A DNA stretch of 63,847 bases, filler included, from Dirinaria sp. TL-2023a (lineage: Eukaryota): NCBI GenBank assembly GCA_051941275.1. It is 29 parts of 29 records of this genome, joined end to end, with 100 filler letters (N's around TTAATTAATTAA, not from the genome) between each part and the next. Parts side by side here need not be neighbours in the genome. Positions count along the whole stretch, not along the records: positions 22,289 to 24,396 come from JAVEBF010002387.1; positions 24,497 to 26,601 come from JAVEBF010002388.1; positions 26,702 to 28,805 come from JAVEBF010002389.1; positions 28,906 to 31,006 come from JAVEBF010002390.1; positions 31,107 to 33,203 come from JAVEBF010002391.1; positions 33,304 to 35,399 come from JAVEBF010002392.1; positions 35,500 to 37,595 come from JAVEBF010002393.1; 22 more parts are not named here. The stretch is one strand, 5' to 3'. A program made the position numbers and the translations under genes. The notes below the pieces were generated by a model. That model did no database searches. It saw only the letters and a list, made by a program, of their open reading frames with translations, and was not told the DNA's origin. Shown here piece by piece: positions 23,682 through 37,695 of the stretch; position 1 is the stretch's first letter, and each line of letters opens with the position of its first letter.

Positions 23682-24396
23682 ATGCTTCCCAGCAAAGATG
23701 GCGATATAGATGACGTGCGAGAAAGGTCAGAGCATTCTGTTACGGAGCAAGGCCGTCAAGATAGCGTCAAGACTGCTATTTCCTAGAAAGATCCTAGAAG
23801 CTACTTGAATCGAACAACGTAGGTATCGTTATTACCACCAATACCATGAGTACATGAGTCTGAGCGGACACTTTACAGCTATCAAGGGTCGCTGGCCTTC
23901 AATCTTCTTACATTTCTGCTCCCCGCACTATACGGTACACTCGATAAATTCTGGATCGCGAACATCGACCCTTCTCAGGTAGTCACTACAGACGTCTACA
24001 CCTATATCGGAGTTATTGTGGAAGTGTTAAATGATGGGCTTCCTCGGGCAGCGTGGCTCATTATTGGGGACAAGGCAACACGTACACTGTCTTCTCGGCT
24101 CGACCTATCTTACACACTCATCTCCGTTCAAACAGTACTGGGCGCCTGCATGACCGTGATCTTTATCTCCTCGTCAGAGCGGCTTGCCGCCGCATTTGTG
24201 CCCGCTGAGGTCAGATCAGCGTCTATCAAATACGTGCAGATCTCATCAGTCTCAGCGCTTTCCTCTGCCCTGCAGGTCGCGGTCTCAAACTGTACTCGTG
24301 CTCTGGACAATCCCGACGTACCACTCCTGATTGCCTCTACAAGCGTCGCCATCAACATAGTCTTAGACCTGCTGATCATTTCTAAGTTTCATGTTG
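23682..24396 (+). pseudogene. Fungal MATE-like multi-pass transporter, 5' part, with an in-frame TAG in exon 1
   Basis: [18 protein letters not shown]...[12 protein letters not shown]...[10 protein letters not shown]. Intron 23819-23878. TAG at 23784-23786 is in frame with ATG 23682. Confidence 0.7.
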
Positions 24397-24496
24397 NNNN
24401 NNNNNNNNNNNNNNNNNNNNNNNNNNNNNNNNNNNNNNNNTTAATTAATTAANNNNNNNNNNNNNNNNNNNNNNNNNNNNNNNNNNNNNNNNNNNN

Positions 24497-25299
24497 AGGA
24501 CGAAAGGCTCCTCCGGAGTGAACGCTTTGTCGTCCTCAGCGATGGATCTTCGCATGTCTTGCAATTTCGCGATGAAATCCTCCTTGGATGTGTCTTCGAA
24601 AAGATCCTGGTCGATGTCCTCCTCAGGCGCGTGAGAGTAATAAAATATCTCTTTATCGTAACATGCGAGCACATATGCTTTGGCCGACTTGTAGGGCCCA
24701 ATATCATAGCACTCTGACGAATGGAATTTATCCTTGATTTCTCAGCACCAGTCACGAGCCTCAAGGAAGATCAGCGCACTTACCCTGCCTTTGAACAGTT
24801 TTATACCCTCAACAGTTGGACCGATTCTGTGATCTAGCATCATACCACCAATCTTGTTAAATGTTGTTTCGCCAAGCTCGACGACGATCTCCGCAATCTG
24901 ACGGGAAACCGCCCATTTGGTGGACTCGTCGTACGTATTCCAGACAGAGCTCAGCACTTGACCGTCAATGTATTCTTCAACGATATGATGGCTCATGCAT
25001 CTGTTCTCATTCAAAGAGTGGCTATATACCTGTGGAACTGTTACACCCGGAATGTGCTGCCTCACAAAGGTCAAGAAAGCGACTTCGTTCCGGATTTGCT
25101 CTGGTAACAGGGCATCTTCCTTCGGCTTACGGATCACGTATTGTCGTACATCCTGGAGTGGCCGAGATACAAGCCATATATCGTTATAACCTCCGCTTGC
25201 CAGCAATTGAAGGTCACGATCTTCATTGCTATCTTCGCCTTTCTGCTCCAGCAGCTCAATGTCCCCTAGTGCAGAGTTTACACCTTTGAGGTTGTCCAT
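24497..25299 (-). CDS. APH/phosphotransferase (protein-kinase-like) family protein, 3'-truncated
   Basis: LASGGYNDIW, YVIRKP, NEVAFLTFV, VPQVYS, IVEEYIDG, FNKIGGM, IGPY. Intron 24733-24783 splices in phase 0. Confidence 0.88.
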
Positions 25300-26974
25300 T
25301 AGCTCCGCGCTTATAATAGAAGACTTTGGGATGAAGATGGCACTGAACCTGGTGTTTCAAGCAGAAGCCGACCTTACGACAGACTTGGCAGTGGTGTGTG
25401 GTAGGCATGGAGGGAAAGAGAGCGCAATATGCTTACTAATCGATTCACATTCCTGACAAAAATATGTCCCGAGGAGAGATGCATGGCAGGCTTCTTGCAT
25501 AAAGCTTTATAGCTCGATTGGAAAGATGCGAATGGATGCAAACGGCAGTCAAGTTCGTGGTTGCAGGCCGCCTTTCTTTGTTGAACTCTTTGTTGCTCGT
25601 AAACTTCTTCTCCGTCAGAGACCAACTTATTTTGAAAACTTTCTTTGGAAAATTTACCTGACCGCATAGTCAACTTCCCTCGCATTTTTGCAAAAGGTTG
25701 AAGCGCTCAGAAAACAATTAGTGCTCAGACTGTGTCGGGTTGCGCCATCATAGTGCCGCTATGGACCGATTTGAGTACCAGCGGAAAGGAGACTATACCC
25801 ACATTGAAAGTCATTATGCTCGCTGCAATAGCGGAATGTAAAGATTTGTACGTGCTGGTGTGTTGCAAATGGCATTACCGATCTCTAATCATATTGGGAG
25901 ATATGTTAAACTACGCAGAGATGCTTGGTGGGTTCGCACCAGGGGTTGCCTATCTAGGCTTTGTGAGCTCCTGGCTTGCCTGAATTACATTAGGTAGATT
26001 ATTTTATCTTCCTCAGGGGCAGTAGTAACATAAAGCTTCAGTATCACGTAGTACTGACTTACTAGTTCATTTACTATGTCAACAATGCCGTCAGTATCAG
26101 ACTACACTAGAGTACCCCAATTAGGTCGTTGCAAATACCGACTGACCTTTTTTCATACACGCTCTACACTTTCGAGCCATAACTCATCCGATATTGATCC
26201 AATGGATTGTGTAACCTGTACAAATCGTTCTCAGAAACAACTACATTGTTAGCCTCTGCGTATTCGACATTTATGTACAAGTCACAGAGCCGTCTGCGTG
26301 CGTCGGCGACAGCATTATCGAGCATGTCATAAACCGAGATTGCCATTGTTGCTTCAGTTCTCAGCCATTACCCCACAGCAACATCTACAGACTCCTTTCG
26401 TTACTTTGACGTGACGAACTCAAGTTTGTAATGAATCCTTTGATTTGTAAAGATCGAGTCCCAATTTTAACGTCGAAAGCGAAAGCCCATCAAGCTCGTC
26501 AGCTCGATATCGGTAGTCCCATATTTCTGAGATTGCGAAACGCCACATATAACATGTACTGCCACGCTGCCGTAAACCTCGACGATATCCAAAAGAAAAT
26601 ANNNNNNNNNNNNNNNNNNNNNNNNNNNNNNNNNNNNNNNNNNNNTTAATTAATTAANNNNNNNNNNNNNNNNNNNNNNNNNNNNNNNNNNNNNNNNNNN
26701 NGTGTGCGTTGGGACATTGAAGACGGGTGAGGGTGGTAAGGAGTATGTTGTGAACTGTACTGTAGAGATTCAATGACGAAGGAGGGAAGAATGGGAACTA
26801 GTTTCGGGGGGGGCATTACTTTTCTGGATTTGTTGGAAGATGATACTGTATATACCCCATAATAATAATGTAAGGTACGAATCAGAAAACTATATCCCAT
26901 TAAAACGCATGATCCTATTTATATATACAAGAAAAGCAATCCAACTTCCACGCTATGATCGCCACCTAAGATCA

Positions 26975-28805
26975 TTATATAATCCCAACCACGACCATAA
27001 CCATGCCTAAAATCGTAATCCATACTGCAGACATCAAGCTCGGCACCGAAACCTCATCCCTATTCGCCGCCGAATCCGTCGGTAAAGCCGCAAGCGCAGA
27101 AGTCGCTAACGCGGTGAAGTTCGATAACGGGACGGTGCTCGAGTCGACTACGATCGCCGTGCCATGCGCCGAGATCGTATGCCCGCTCACCGTGACCACG
27201 GCGCCGGAGCTGGGCAGCTCGGTCCCGTCCACCGAGTACCCGCCGCTGTTTTTGGTGAAGACTTGCCCATCCACCGTGAACACCGGTGAAGATAAAGCGG
27301 TCATGGAGGCCAGGGGTACGGTGTCAGTGCCTACTACGATGGCGCCTGTTGTGGCGAGGCTGATCGGTGTGCCGCTTATAGTAATTTCGCTACCAAGAGA
27401 GAGTTCTGTACCGCCAACGGAGTATCCCGATGGGTTAGCGGTGAGGGTTTGTCCTTCAACAGCGAAGGCTGAACCTGCGGGCAAAGGTAAAGGATAAGTT
27501 CTTGTGCCGATGACTACGCCCACTGGATTCAGGCTGACTGGTGTATTCGATATTGTGACCACTTCTCCAGGGTATAGAGAAGTGCCGTCGATGCTGAAGC
27601 CTCCAGCTGCGGCAGTGAAGACTTGGCCAGCCACATCAAAGACACTCAGTTTAGCTGTAGGGGCTAGATTAAGTGTTCTTGTCCCGCCTATGACGAGTTC
27701 GGAAGTTTGGCCGAGGGAAAGAACGGTGCCTGAGATAGTGATCGCCTGGCCGGCCTGCAAAGTCTTGCCGCCAATAACATAGCCTCCTGAGGGCGCGGCT
27801 GTGATCTGGTTGTTGGCTCCGTAAGAGGTGGGCGTGTTGGGGACTTGCATAGTGCTGAAGCCGACAACGAGCAGACCGGAGGGGCCAAGGGAGACACGTG
27901 TACCGCTAACAGTAATGGCGGGACCACCGGCTGTAAGAGCGGTATTAGCTATTGAATACACCTGTGGTCCTGTGATGGATGGCGATGCGCTAGGCAAGTT
28001 GGCGATGGATGCGTAAGGCACGATGGAGGATCCAACATGCAGTCCGTCTGAACCAAGCGAAAGGACGGTACCGTGGACAGTGATTGGTGCGGAGCCCGAA
28101 GTCAAGGCGGTGCCGTCGATAGAAAAGATGGACGGATGCTGGTCCGGAGCAGGCGTGGGAAGAGAAGAAAAAGGGATGGTACTGCCTCCAAGTACAACAC
28201 CACCGATCTGCAAAACCGAGATTCTCGTGCCCGAAATCGTGGCCTGAGCACCTCGGCTCAAAGTTTGCGAGCCTATGATGATAGCTCCGTCAGCTGCTGT
28301 GGCGATCTGTTGGCCTGCCACTGTGGGTATGTGAGGGATGGAAACTGTGCTCCGTGCGTTCACCACGACTCCAGAGCCACTTGGCAAAACCGAGAGAGTA
28401 GATCCATCGATGGTGGCCGGAGGTCCGCCTGCTTCCAGAGTGCTACCGTGGATGATAATGTTACCACCGGATTGTGTCTGAATGTGCTGACCAGCAAGTG
28501 TAGGAAGAGCAGCTGCAGATGGTATGGCAAGGGTACTGCCGCCGACGACGATCCCATTGGAGGCGAGACTCAATGAAGTCCCTTTGACATTGACACCGGG
28601 TCCGCCGACTGAAAGAGTCTGTCCACTAACAACGAAAGAAGGTTCAGAGCCGCTCGTAGGATCTACACCATTGAGACTAGCAGGGGGAATGGTCTTAGAA
28701 CCTATAACAAGGCCCCCAGAGCCCAGGCTAATCGTTGTGCTAGCAATCGTAATACCAGATCCCCCTTTTGTAAGCACAGCGTTCCCAATTTGAATAGAGG
28801 AAGGA
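26975..28805 (-). CDS. Ser/Thr/Gly-rich repetitive cell-surface protein with putative GPI signal, 5'-truncated
   Basis: Over 600 open codons; about 9 repeats like GQTLTAGGPAITVSGTxVSLGPSGLVVG; hydrophobic C-terminal tail after DSAA. Confidence 0.88.
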
Positions 28806-29698
28806 NNNNNNNNNNNNNNNNNNNNNNNNNNNNNNNNNNNNNNNNNNNNTTAATTAATTAANNNNNNNNNNNNNNNNNNNNNNNNNNNNNNNNNNNNNNN
28901 NNNNNGTGCGTGGCTGAATGAGTTGAGCAGGTGATCTACCTCCTTGATCAGATGTTGAGAGGGGCTAGATCATGTATTCCGGATAATGAGCCGACAGTAA
29001 GAAAATGGTGATTTTTTTGGGGGCTATGATATTGGGGTGAATTGGATGGGAGAGGTGGATGAGAGGATTCAAGCTACTTTATTCTGCAGCTGTGATAATC
29101 TGAGATTGGGGAATGAGATTGCTTATACTATATCTGTCGTGGTCCTGCGCTGTCTGGCGATGAATCAGAGACCTTCCTCAGAAGATTTACCGTGCGAGCC
29201 GGTTGAGTCTCGCAAAGCCGGTCTGGATGCCCGACTGCTTGCCATTGTTGGTGGTGCTTCTGCCCGATGTCTGAAATAGTATATATCAACATGCTCAAAT
29301 CCCGCTCATTGGCTCATGGGTTGGCTTTTACCGTTGGTTCGTGCCTGTTCTCCAGGCAACGTCAACCCGCTCGATCCGCTGTTGGGTCAAGTATGCCCTC
29401 ATTATTTCTTTATCGAGAAATCATCCTCTCTGACCGAACAGCGCTCCGGAGATCCCGCCCAACATGGCGTCCAACGACTCGGATCCATTGCGTCCATCAG
29501 AGCGAGTCTGCCCGGCAGCTCAGTATATATATCGAGACGCCCTCGCCCTTCTCTTTCTCCCGCACGCTCACTGCTCTTCTTCTCTGCTGTATTGCTTGCG
29601 CTATCATCTTTCTGCACACAGCTCTTCACACATCAGCTCTCACTCTCTGATCACTTCATCTTCTTCCTCCTCTCTTGCTTGTCTGTTGGCAAGTGACC

Positions 29699-30910
29699 AT
29701 GGCTGAGAAGGTTGTCCCCTCCCACGCCTCCATCTTCTCTTCCCTTGCTGACGAACACCCTCACCAACAGGAACTCTCCCCGTACCTTCTCGGCCGGCGC
29801 CTAGCCCGCGAAGCTAGGCCACGTCCGTGGGCTCAACCAGCCAAGACACAGCCCGCGGACAGTGATATCCGGACCGGACCGGCAATGTCACGACCTGTCG
29901 CCCCTCGTTTCTCCAGACTCGAGGGTTCCTCCGGAGTCCCGTCACGACTCCCTCTTCGCATCTCCGCCCCCCGTGTCGCCCAGCACGGCGGTAGCCAGGC
30001 CCTGTCACAGCCTGTTCTCGGCACCCAGTCAGTGGCTCTGCCAACTTTGAGCAGTAGGTTGACCCCCTCTCTTTATGTCTTTCGCCCTTTCCAGGCCCTT
30101 TCCTTCCTCATCTTCGTTTCCGTTTGTTGCTCTTGTTTTGGTGTTGTGGTTTTTGGTCTGGCTTTGGTATGGTGTCGCTGCCTGTCTTTATGTCACTGCT
30201 TCTGCGGTTGAGTGAGCCTTCATCCATGTCCCCAGTTTCTCCCTTCGTCGTTGTCGGTCGTCCCTTCCCATGCGGTTCTTTGCTTTTGAGCCATTCCTTC
30301 TACGCTTGAGCCAGCATTCTCCTTGTTCACTGTTTCACTCTTTCGTCGACGTCGGTCGTTGCTTCCCTTGCGGTTCTTTGCTTCTTCCCCCATCATTCGG
30401 CTGACTGTCAGTCCAGTGTCGCATGGACCGGTGCCAGCAAGGCCAACTCCGGAGCCGGCCACGACCTCTGCTCCAGAGATCGACGAACGGACGTCGGTAA
30501 GTCTCTGCTTGGCTCTTTGCCCCTGGCCTCAACCAACACCGCACAGCTCAGGGTCCGGGGCACCACGACTGCCCCACTTCAAGACGTGGCCGCCAGGCCT
30601 ACAGTCGTGTCCCCGCCTCCTGTCGGGAGGCCCAACCTTGACGACAATCTGCAGGAAGCCCTGATCAACTTCCTCGCATTCACGTCGGCGTGGGATCGCG
30701 CGCATCCATCGCAGGCACCTGCTGCGGTGGAGATCCCCACCGATGACAATTTCACCAGCGAGCCCTTCTTCGCAGATGCGGGCTGAGCTCATGTCAGCCC
30801 TCCGTCGTCGACACTACGCCAACCAGCTGCCGCTGCTGCTTTCCTCCGGCAAGCCGATCGACAAGGCACGCACCTGGACATCCTCGTCAAAAGGGATGTG
30901 GGCCAAGGTA
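29699..30910 (+). CDS. Possible multi-exon Pro/Ala-rich hypothetical gene (structure unresolved)
   Basis: ATG after a pyrimidine-rich leader; GC-rich coding-like blocks separated by T-rich intron-like blocks; no family recognised. Confidence 0.3.
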
Positions 30911-31680
30911 CCCTATGGTCGGTGCAGCTGGTTGGCACTTTTCTTTTGTTTTTTCTTTTGTCTTTCTTTTGTTTTTCTTTTGTTTTTTCTTGGAGAGCTT
31001 GGGTGGNNNNNNNNNNNNNNNNNNNNNNNNNNNNNNNNNNNNNNNNNNNNTTAATTAATTAANNNNNNNNNNNNNNNNNNNNNNNNNNNNNNNNNNNNNN
31101 NNNNNNTTATCAAGTCATCCTTTCAATGTATGTATTTCAATAGATTATGAGCTTGGAAAGTGTTTGGTAAGCTCATTTGAATTTATGGTTGGGTGGATGA
31201 TGATTCTTTTGTTGGGTATCTGGTGTTTGAATAAGTAGCACCATCACGGTGTCAAGCAACTAAAAGCTAGCTAATTAGGAAAGAGCAGAAGCAAAAACCA
31301 AGGCCATCACGATGATCGCAACAGCTGCCCCCCAAACTTAAAACACAGCGTCGATCTCGATGTCAATCTAACTTTCAATTAACAGCTTAAAAATTTTATT
31401 CTCTTCGACTCCCATGATAACAACTGTCAACTTCTTCTTCTATTCTTTGTAGATATCTAATAGATTGTTGTATGTTAAATCGTTGATGTGGGCCGGGGGA
31501 GGCGGAGACGATAAATGAAATTTTGATTGATGGTTGTTCACAACAGAAATAAATGTCGATTCATGGTTGCGAATATGCTGGATGATAGGGAGATTACTAG
31601 CAGGCAGCGTGCTATTTTCAAAAGATTATCTTGAGATCTCTTGCTAATAATGCAGGGTACAGGTATTGTGAGGGAATAGA

Positions 31681-31926
31681 TGTGGGATCCTAGGCCTCTA
31701 CATATCGGATAGGCCGGGAGAATGACCTAGCACCAATGCGTGCACCGAGAGCCCAGGGAAACCGACCTGTATAGGTCCTGTATGAATGCTAAAGGAGTGA
31801 TGAGGACCTAGATACAAATGCCATTGCTACATATATCGGCGGAGAGCCGCTCACACGTGATCCCTAGCTCCGTGCCCAGCACGCTGTTGCTCTATGGCCA
31901 GGGCTTGCGAGGTCCACTCTCCCATA
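31681..31926. repeat. Probable LTR (246 bp)
   Basis: TGTGGGA...TCCCATA near-perfect terminal inverted repeat; GC-rich; purine tract just upstream; interrupts an integrase relic; no TSD seen. Confidence 0.5.
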
Positions 31927-32474
31927 CTAAGATGACGAGATGTATTTTCATAGTGAATGATAATTCGAGACAAAAAATCAAACGTCTTTTTTCAACGACT
32001 TTAATGATCTGAAATGAATTTACTCGCTGTTAAGATAATTTCTTGTTTAATAGGTCGAGAACTGTGTATTTGACATGCAAACGAAAATATATCATGATGT
32101 CGAAATGTATGTTGTCAAATATTGCTCTGTGAGTTTTATCGTATCTAACTCTGCTAGTCGCACTAACAAATGTCATGACGAATACTATTTTTTTCACGTT
32201 TGATTTGCTTGATTTTGATAAAATTCTTCGCTGACAAGTCTAAAAGTAGTTTCAAAATATCACTTATTTTGAATTCGTAAACAAGCTCATGAGAAGCATA
32301 ATCAATTACTGAATGTGTCACGTCATTAAATTCTGTTTGTAAAAATGAAAGCACGATCGATCAATCGTCTTCTGACTTTGCAGTGAGATGATATCTCAGT
32401 GCAATCTCGATAGTCTGATTTGTTCTTTCGCTTTGGCCATCGGTTTGTGAGTGATATGCCGTTGATGCTACCAT
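31927..32474 (-). mobile_element. Ty3/Gypsy integrase C-terminal relic
   Basis: STAYHSQTDGQSERTNQTIEIALRY matches the Gypsy STAYHPQTDGQxER motif. Confidence 0.88.
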
Positions 32475-32632
32475 TGTTGGGAGCATGATGAGAGCATGGT
32501 ATTATTCAGTGGATTGATGACTGAATCTTCGTTCAACTATGATCTAGGCAGGCTAGATTTCATGGTGTCAAGCAAAGTGGCAAAAGCTAAGTGAAGAAGA
32601 AGGAGCCATGGCGACAGCAATCAGTCGTAACA
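32475..32632. repeat. Probable short LTR truncating the integrase; a related LTR-like end lies at about 31140-31323
   Basis: TGTTGGGA...TCGTAACA. Shares ggtgtcaagcaa..aaaagcta..gccat with the 31248-31323 segment, which ends in AACA followed by a C-rich PPT complement. Confidence 0.5.
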
Positions 32633-33304
32633 TTGAGACTATATCTGTCAGAAATCTGGCTATGTAATTTCCAAAAATACCATGGCGGCGGATTTGTTCT
32701 GTTTGTTGCGTCTAGATCTTTTTCTCGATCTCCTTTTTTAGTCTAGAATTTCTTCGTTCCCTTCGAACAGAGTCATTAGTAATCTCCTTCTTCAACTTGG
32801 ATTCTCATACTGCCCTCAGTCGAGCGTCTGAAATGACTTCATCATCTTCTTGTTCTGTTCCTTAAGGTCGCTCAACTTGTCAAAAGTGTTTTGATCGGAT
32901 GTGGTTTGTCAGATCTCAATAGCTTTTTGAATTTAAGAATCGGTAGCACGAGAACGATGAAGTCGATATTGTGCTTTTCAATTCGATTGAGAGAGCGTAA
33001 AGGATTCTTTGAGATCTGATACAATAGAGTCAATATATCTCGACTAAGAATATACAGATATTGCCGAGGCTCAAGTTGAGGCTCTCGAGCTGTACTTCAA
33101 GCACTGGAAGATGGAGTTGTTTGGAATCTCATGATCTCGAAAAGTACATCAACGGAACATCTCTCATCGTCTTATTGATTGATGATAGATGCAAGAACTC
33201 TTTNNNNNNNNNNNNNNNNNNNNNNNNNNNNNNNNNNNNNNNNNNNNTTAATTAATTAANNNNNNNNNNNNNNNNNNNNNNNNNNNNNNNNNNNNNNNNN
33301 NNNT

Positions 33305-33658
33305 GGAACCCTGGATCAAGGGGCCAAGATCGGTATCGGAGTCGGTGTCGCGCTGGGGGTATTGCTCATTGTGACCCTCGCGGCGCTGGTATACTTTCGC
33401 ACGACGCGGCGCAAGCAGAGATCCAGAGCCAGGCCCCATGAAGCCGAAGACGATTCCGCATCTGCGAAAGCGCAGCTTCATGGAGAGTCGTCGCATGTGG
33501 AGATGCAGGGAGAGTCGGGGAAAGCGCTAGAATTACCGGCGCGGGCATCGCGGAAAGAACTTCCAGCAGCCGGTTTGGTGCGGGCGGAGTTGCCGGGGAA
33601 ATCGCTTTCGTCGGTGCGTGATAAGGAGCTGCCGGAACCGCCTGGTTTGAAGATGTAG
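33305..33658 (+). CDS. C-terminus of a single-pass membrane protein (Mid2/Wsc-like topology), 5'-truncated
   Basis: GAKIGIGVGVALGVLLIVTLAALVYF TM helix, basic stop-transfer RRKQR, cytoplasmic ELP repeats. Confidence 0.8.
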   Translation, partial: GTLDQGAKIGIGVGVALGVLLIVTLAALVYFRTTRRKQRSRARPHEAEDDSASAKAQLHGESSHVEMQGESGKALELPARASRKELPAAGLVRAELPGKSLSSVRDKELPEPPGLKM

Positions 33659-35499
33659 GAACTGGAAGGAGGTATCCGCCCTCTGGCTACTACAGCCTTA
33701 CGAATGGTGGTGGCATTTATGATTGGGGATATATATTTAATGCGGCCAGAAATTACGGCAGTTCGCTCGATGCAGATTATGAACTTTTTATATAGATATG
33801 AGTAACTTACATATGAGTCCAAATACAATTGGTTGATACTTATCTGCAGAATCTTCGGAAAGTATCTTACTATACATGTGCCAGCCTTCAGGAAGATTCT
33901 CCAGATTAAGAATGCGTTTCAAAGCACGAAGACGAGTAACAAACCCTCCAGTGTACTCGTACATAACGATCAGGAAATAGAGAACATGTGCTGCACAGAC
34001 TTTTCTTTTCTTCGCAGTTGAAAAGAAAATTAAAAGATAGTGACCCAAATCCCAGCTGCCCCAAAAACCATTCAAGAAGCATACACATATCTATATCCAA
34101 GTCCCCAAAACCCAGCTTTATTAATCCCATATCAAGATCAAATAACACCTCACAATATGAACTCCACAAACAAAAACAGAAATCCATCCTCCTCTACAGC
34201 TGGTAACCTACTCGATTGCAGAAAGAGGCAAAATCCCCAAGAAATCGATACCTAATGAAAGAAAATCCTGCCTCCCCAAAAAGTGAAGGTGAAAACGTTG
34301 ATATACCTTCGAAAAACCCCACGCCTTAGATATAGATATTTTCCATCTGTTTTTCCTAAAATTTCTCCCAAAAAGGGTATTCAGCATCGAATTGCGAACC
34401 ATGATCAAAGCAACCACCCACACACATAAAGATTAAAAAAATATGGGATGGACAAGGTAATCTCGTGAAGTGAGCACATAATTCGTTGCTCGAACTAAAA
34501 ACCTCACCCCTCGAACTCAAGCACCTGCCCAAAAAAAAGTACAATCTACAGCGCTGAGATCCCACCTCCTATCCCTCATCATTCTTGAGACCATATATAA
34601 TCGCGCTCATAGAACCACCAACCCTCATCAGACCCGCCTCTATACCAATTCCCCTTTAACCAAGTATCTTGAGAACAGAATTTCTGATCCTGAAGTATGA
34701 CTTTCAGACACGCGAGCTAGATCCTGGGTCTTGATGCATAAGTTATGAGGATCTATATTCTCCTTCTTTTTTTTCTTTTTTTTTTTTTTTCGGGGGAAAT
34801 AAGGGATTTTTGTGGGCGGTGAGTAAGGTATGTTATAGATTAATGGGGTTGGGTTGGTGCGGATAGAACGGTGGTTTGTAGATTCCCATCTAAAAGCGAT
34901 CTTTTATTCTGATGCAGGTTGCGATGGCAGATCAAATGCTGGCGATGCTCGATGTATTAATTCTGCTCTGAGGGGGTCTGGGATCTATGAGTCAGCTGCT
35001 GGTAGCACAATCAAGCTGCTCTCCCAACGGGATATTGTCAAGCCTAGACCCAGGTTCTATGGTTCTACTTGTATGGCTGGGTCTAAAGCTTATCAAGGTC
35101 CGCACTCTGTGCGAGAATATGTTAGTCAAGTGGAAATACAGGATTACGAAGAACATTTTCTGTGTATCACGTCGGTGATATGATATGAGACGTTCGAAGC
35201 TATGCAGATACATAAACTGTAGTTACTGAACCGCCTTCAACGGGGTATCTGAGGATGAAAGTTTAATGCAAGGGAAAGAAAAGATATCAATCTCGATTCT
35301 TCGAGATTGAAAATCGCGCTTCGTACAAGCTTCACATTTCTCAATTTGGCCAGGCTCATTCTCAGATCCATCGTCATCCGATGTCATCTCTGCGACCACN
35401 NNNNNNNNNNNNNNNNNNNNNNNNNNNNNNNNNNNNNNNNNNNTTAATTAATTAANNNNNNNNNNNNNNNNNNNNNNNNNNNNNNNNNNNNNNNNNNNN

Positions 35500-37595
35500 A
35501 TTCTTACTCGATTCAACACTCACTAGGGACCTATGCGAGATCTATGTACTTGTGTCGACGCTGCGCTGACGCTGCGTCTACTTTCTTTATATTACATGTC
35601 GTTTCATCTATTCGTAGTACTAGAAAATCCTTCATGCGAGAACTCTATGAGTTTAAGAATTTAAAGAATCTGAATCTGAAGGATCAGCGACTGTTTGAAA
35701 CTGATTAAGTAGATCAGTGAATAAAATCATTCGTATCGCTGCGATGACGCTCGCGACGCTATTTAGCAGTTTTCTCACGTCTGTGATATTGTTCGTTCTT
35801 TGTTGCATCTTTAGTCTTTTTTGTCTTTATGTAAAACACGTTAGTAACACATGTTTAATTGTCATGCGACTCTGTTCGCAGTCGTAGATTTCTGTAATCA
35901 TTTCGAGAACACGTCGCTCGCTCAAGAATTGATTAAAATCTATTTTGCTCGTTCTCAACTGTGTGAGCAATGCGTTATGTGACTTCGTTCGTTCATCGTG
36001 AAATCGCATATAACGATGAGTTACTGTTGACGTCAATGTGCGATAATGAGTTTCGTTGATATTTTTCTTTCACTTTCTTCGTCATTTCGCGCGAGTTTGT
36101 TCTTGAATTAATGCTGCTCTGACGACAGATTCGCACGTTAGTTAACTCAAAAACGATTGTTTATGTGTTTCATTGACTATTCTGTCTGTTTTTTCGTTGT
36201 TTTTTATTTCTTTGTGATTAGATATTCAATGAAGTTTCAGTTGAGTTTCTTTTTTCTGTATCGTTTTATGCGCGCTCTGTATGCGTCGAAGACGTGATTG
36301 ATCTGCTGTTGATGTCATTGTATTTATCATTCTTAACGAGATCTGACTGTCTGAGTAACTTTTATATATTCTGTCGACGCAGTTATCGTTTTTTACGCAA
36401 TGAGCTGTCAACTACTCGATCTCGACAGTGATACTCTCGAGCTCTTCGTGATGAGTCAATACTATGTCGATTTCTTTAAAACGTCTTTCTTTCTCTCAGT
36501 TTGCGTCGATTGTAACTGCGAACACATCATTGTCTTGATCGTTTTCGTCTGAGTAAATTCTTCAATATGAATTTGATTTGTTCTCATTATGATATTTTAT
36601 CGCTAGTGTTTCGTTTTGAATAACTATTTTCGAAGATTTCACTCACGATGTCGCAGTATAAATCTGTCGACGTGATATGAACTCTTCGTTTAGTGCTCGA
36701 CGCATTCATTTTCTTTTAAATTTCAATGACGTCTTTCTGAGTTTTGATCTACGATCTCTTTTGAAACTTATGTCACGTTTTATACGCGTCACTGCTATTT
36801 CGATCGTTTTTTTTTTGAGTCTCTTGCGTTTATGTTCGTTATTAATCTCTGAAGCAGTTTTTTGAGATGAATGTCGATAAACGTCGTGTTAGTCTTCATC
36901 TGCAGTGTTTTTGTTGATGTCGTTTTGTAAACGTCTGTGATTTGACGAAGTTCTCTATTTTGTATAAAACGCAGTTTCGCGTCGACTGTCTTTCTGTGAC
37001 TCTTAATACTCGTCGACGTGTATCACACTGCTGTTTCGTGATTAATCGCTGAGCGCGACACTGCGAAATATATACTTTTATTTGTCGTTATTGTCGAATC
37101 TCATGTGAAATCAATAATTATTTGTGTCGTTTTGTGTTTAACGACAAACTTCGTCTCGATTTGACGTAGATGTGATCTTCATCGAAATCTTGAGTTCAGT
37201 TGAATTTCAAACATTTTAATGTTTGATTTGATCTTTATTTCGTGATTATTTAACGTAATACTAACGTTCATATTGAATTTTTTGAGAGTTCTCGAGAAGT
37301 GAATTAGTTTATGTTTTCGCTTCGCGAATTTTGAGTCATGTTTCTATGTTTATTGTTCGCACTCGTTATATATCTTCTTGAGTACTTGACAATTGCGTTC
37401 CGTTGACTCACTATAGATTAATATGTTGACGTCGTCGACGAATCTCGTAACGCTAGTTCGAAATCGTATATTGTCGCACATGTCGAGTAAATCCGCGTTA
37501 TAAAATAAATAAAATATCGATGAGAGCGACGATCTCTGAGATATGTCGACTGTTACGTCGCGTTTCACTTGCGTGTAATCATCAATCGTTAATGT
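35500..37595 (-). mobile_element. Tad1-like LINE ORF2 (RT + RNase H + 3' end), hypermutated
   Basis: DISQRSSLSSIFYLFYNADLL (= GIPQGSPLSPILYLFY), FVDD, and RNase H relics YSDSQ and H*ISNH...NEKTD. The 3' end matches 47990-48050. Confidence 0.93.
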
Positions 37596-37695
37596 NNNNN
37601 NNNNNNNNNNNNNNNNNNNNNNNNNNNNNNNNNNNNNNNTTAATTAATTAANNNNNNNNNNNNNNNNNNNNNNNNNNNNNNNNNNNNNNNNNNNN

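Noticed and set aside
33830..35200. Degenerate coding-like region downstream of the membrane-protein gene
   Set aside because: No consistent frame or motif.
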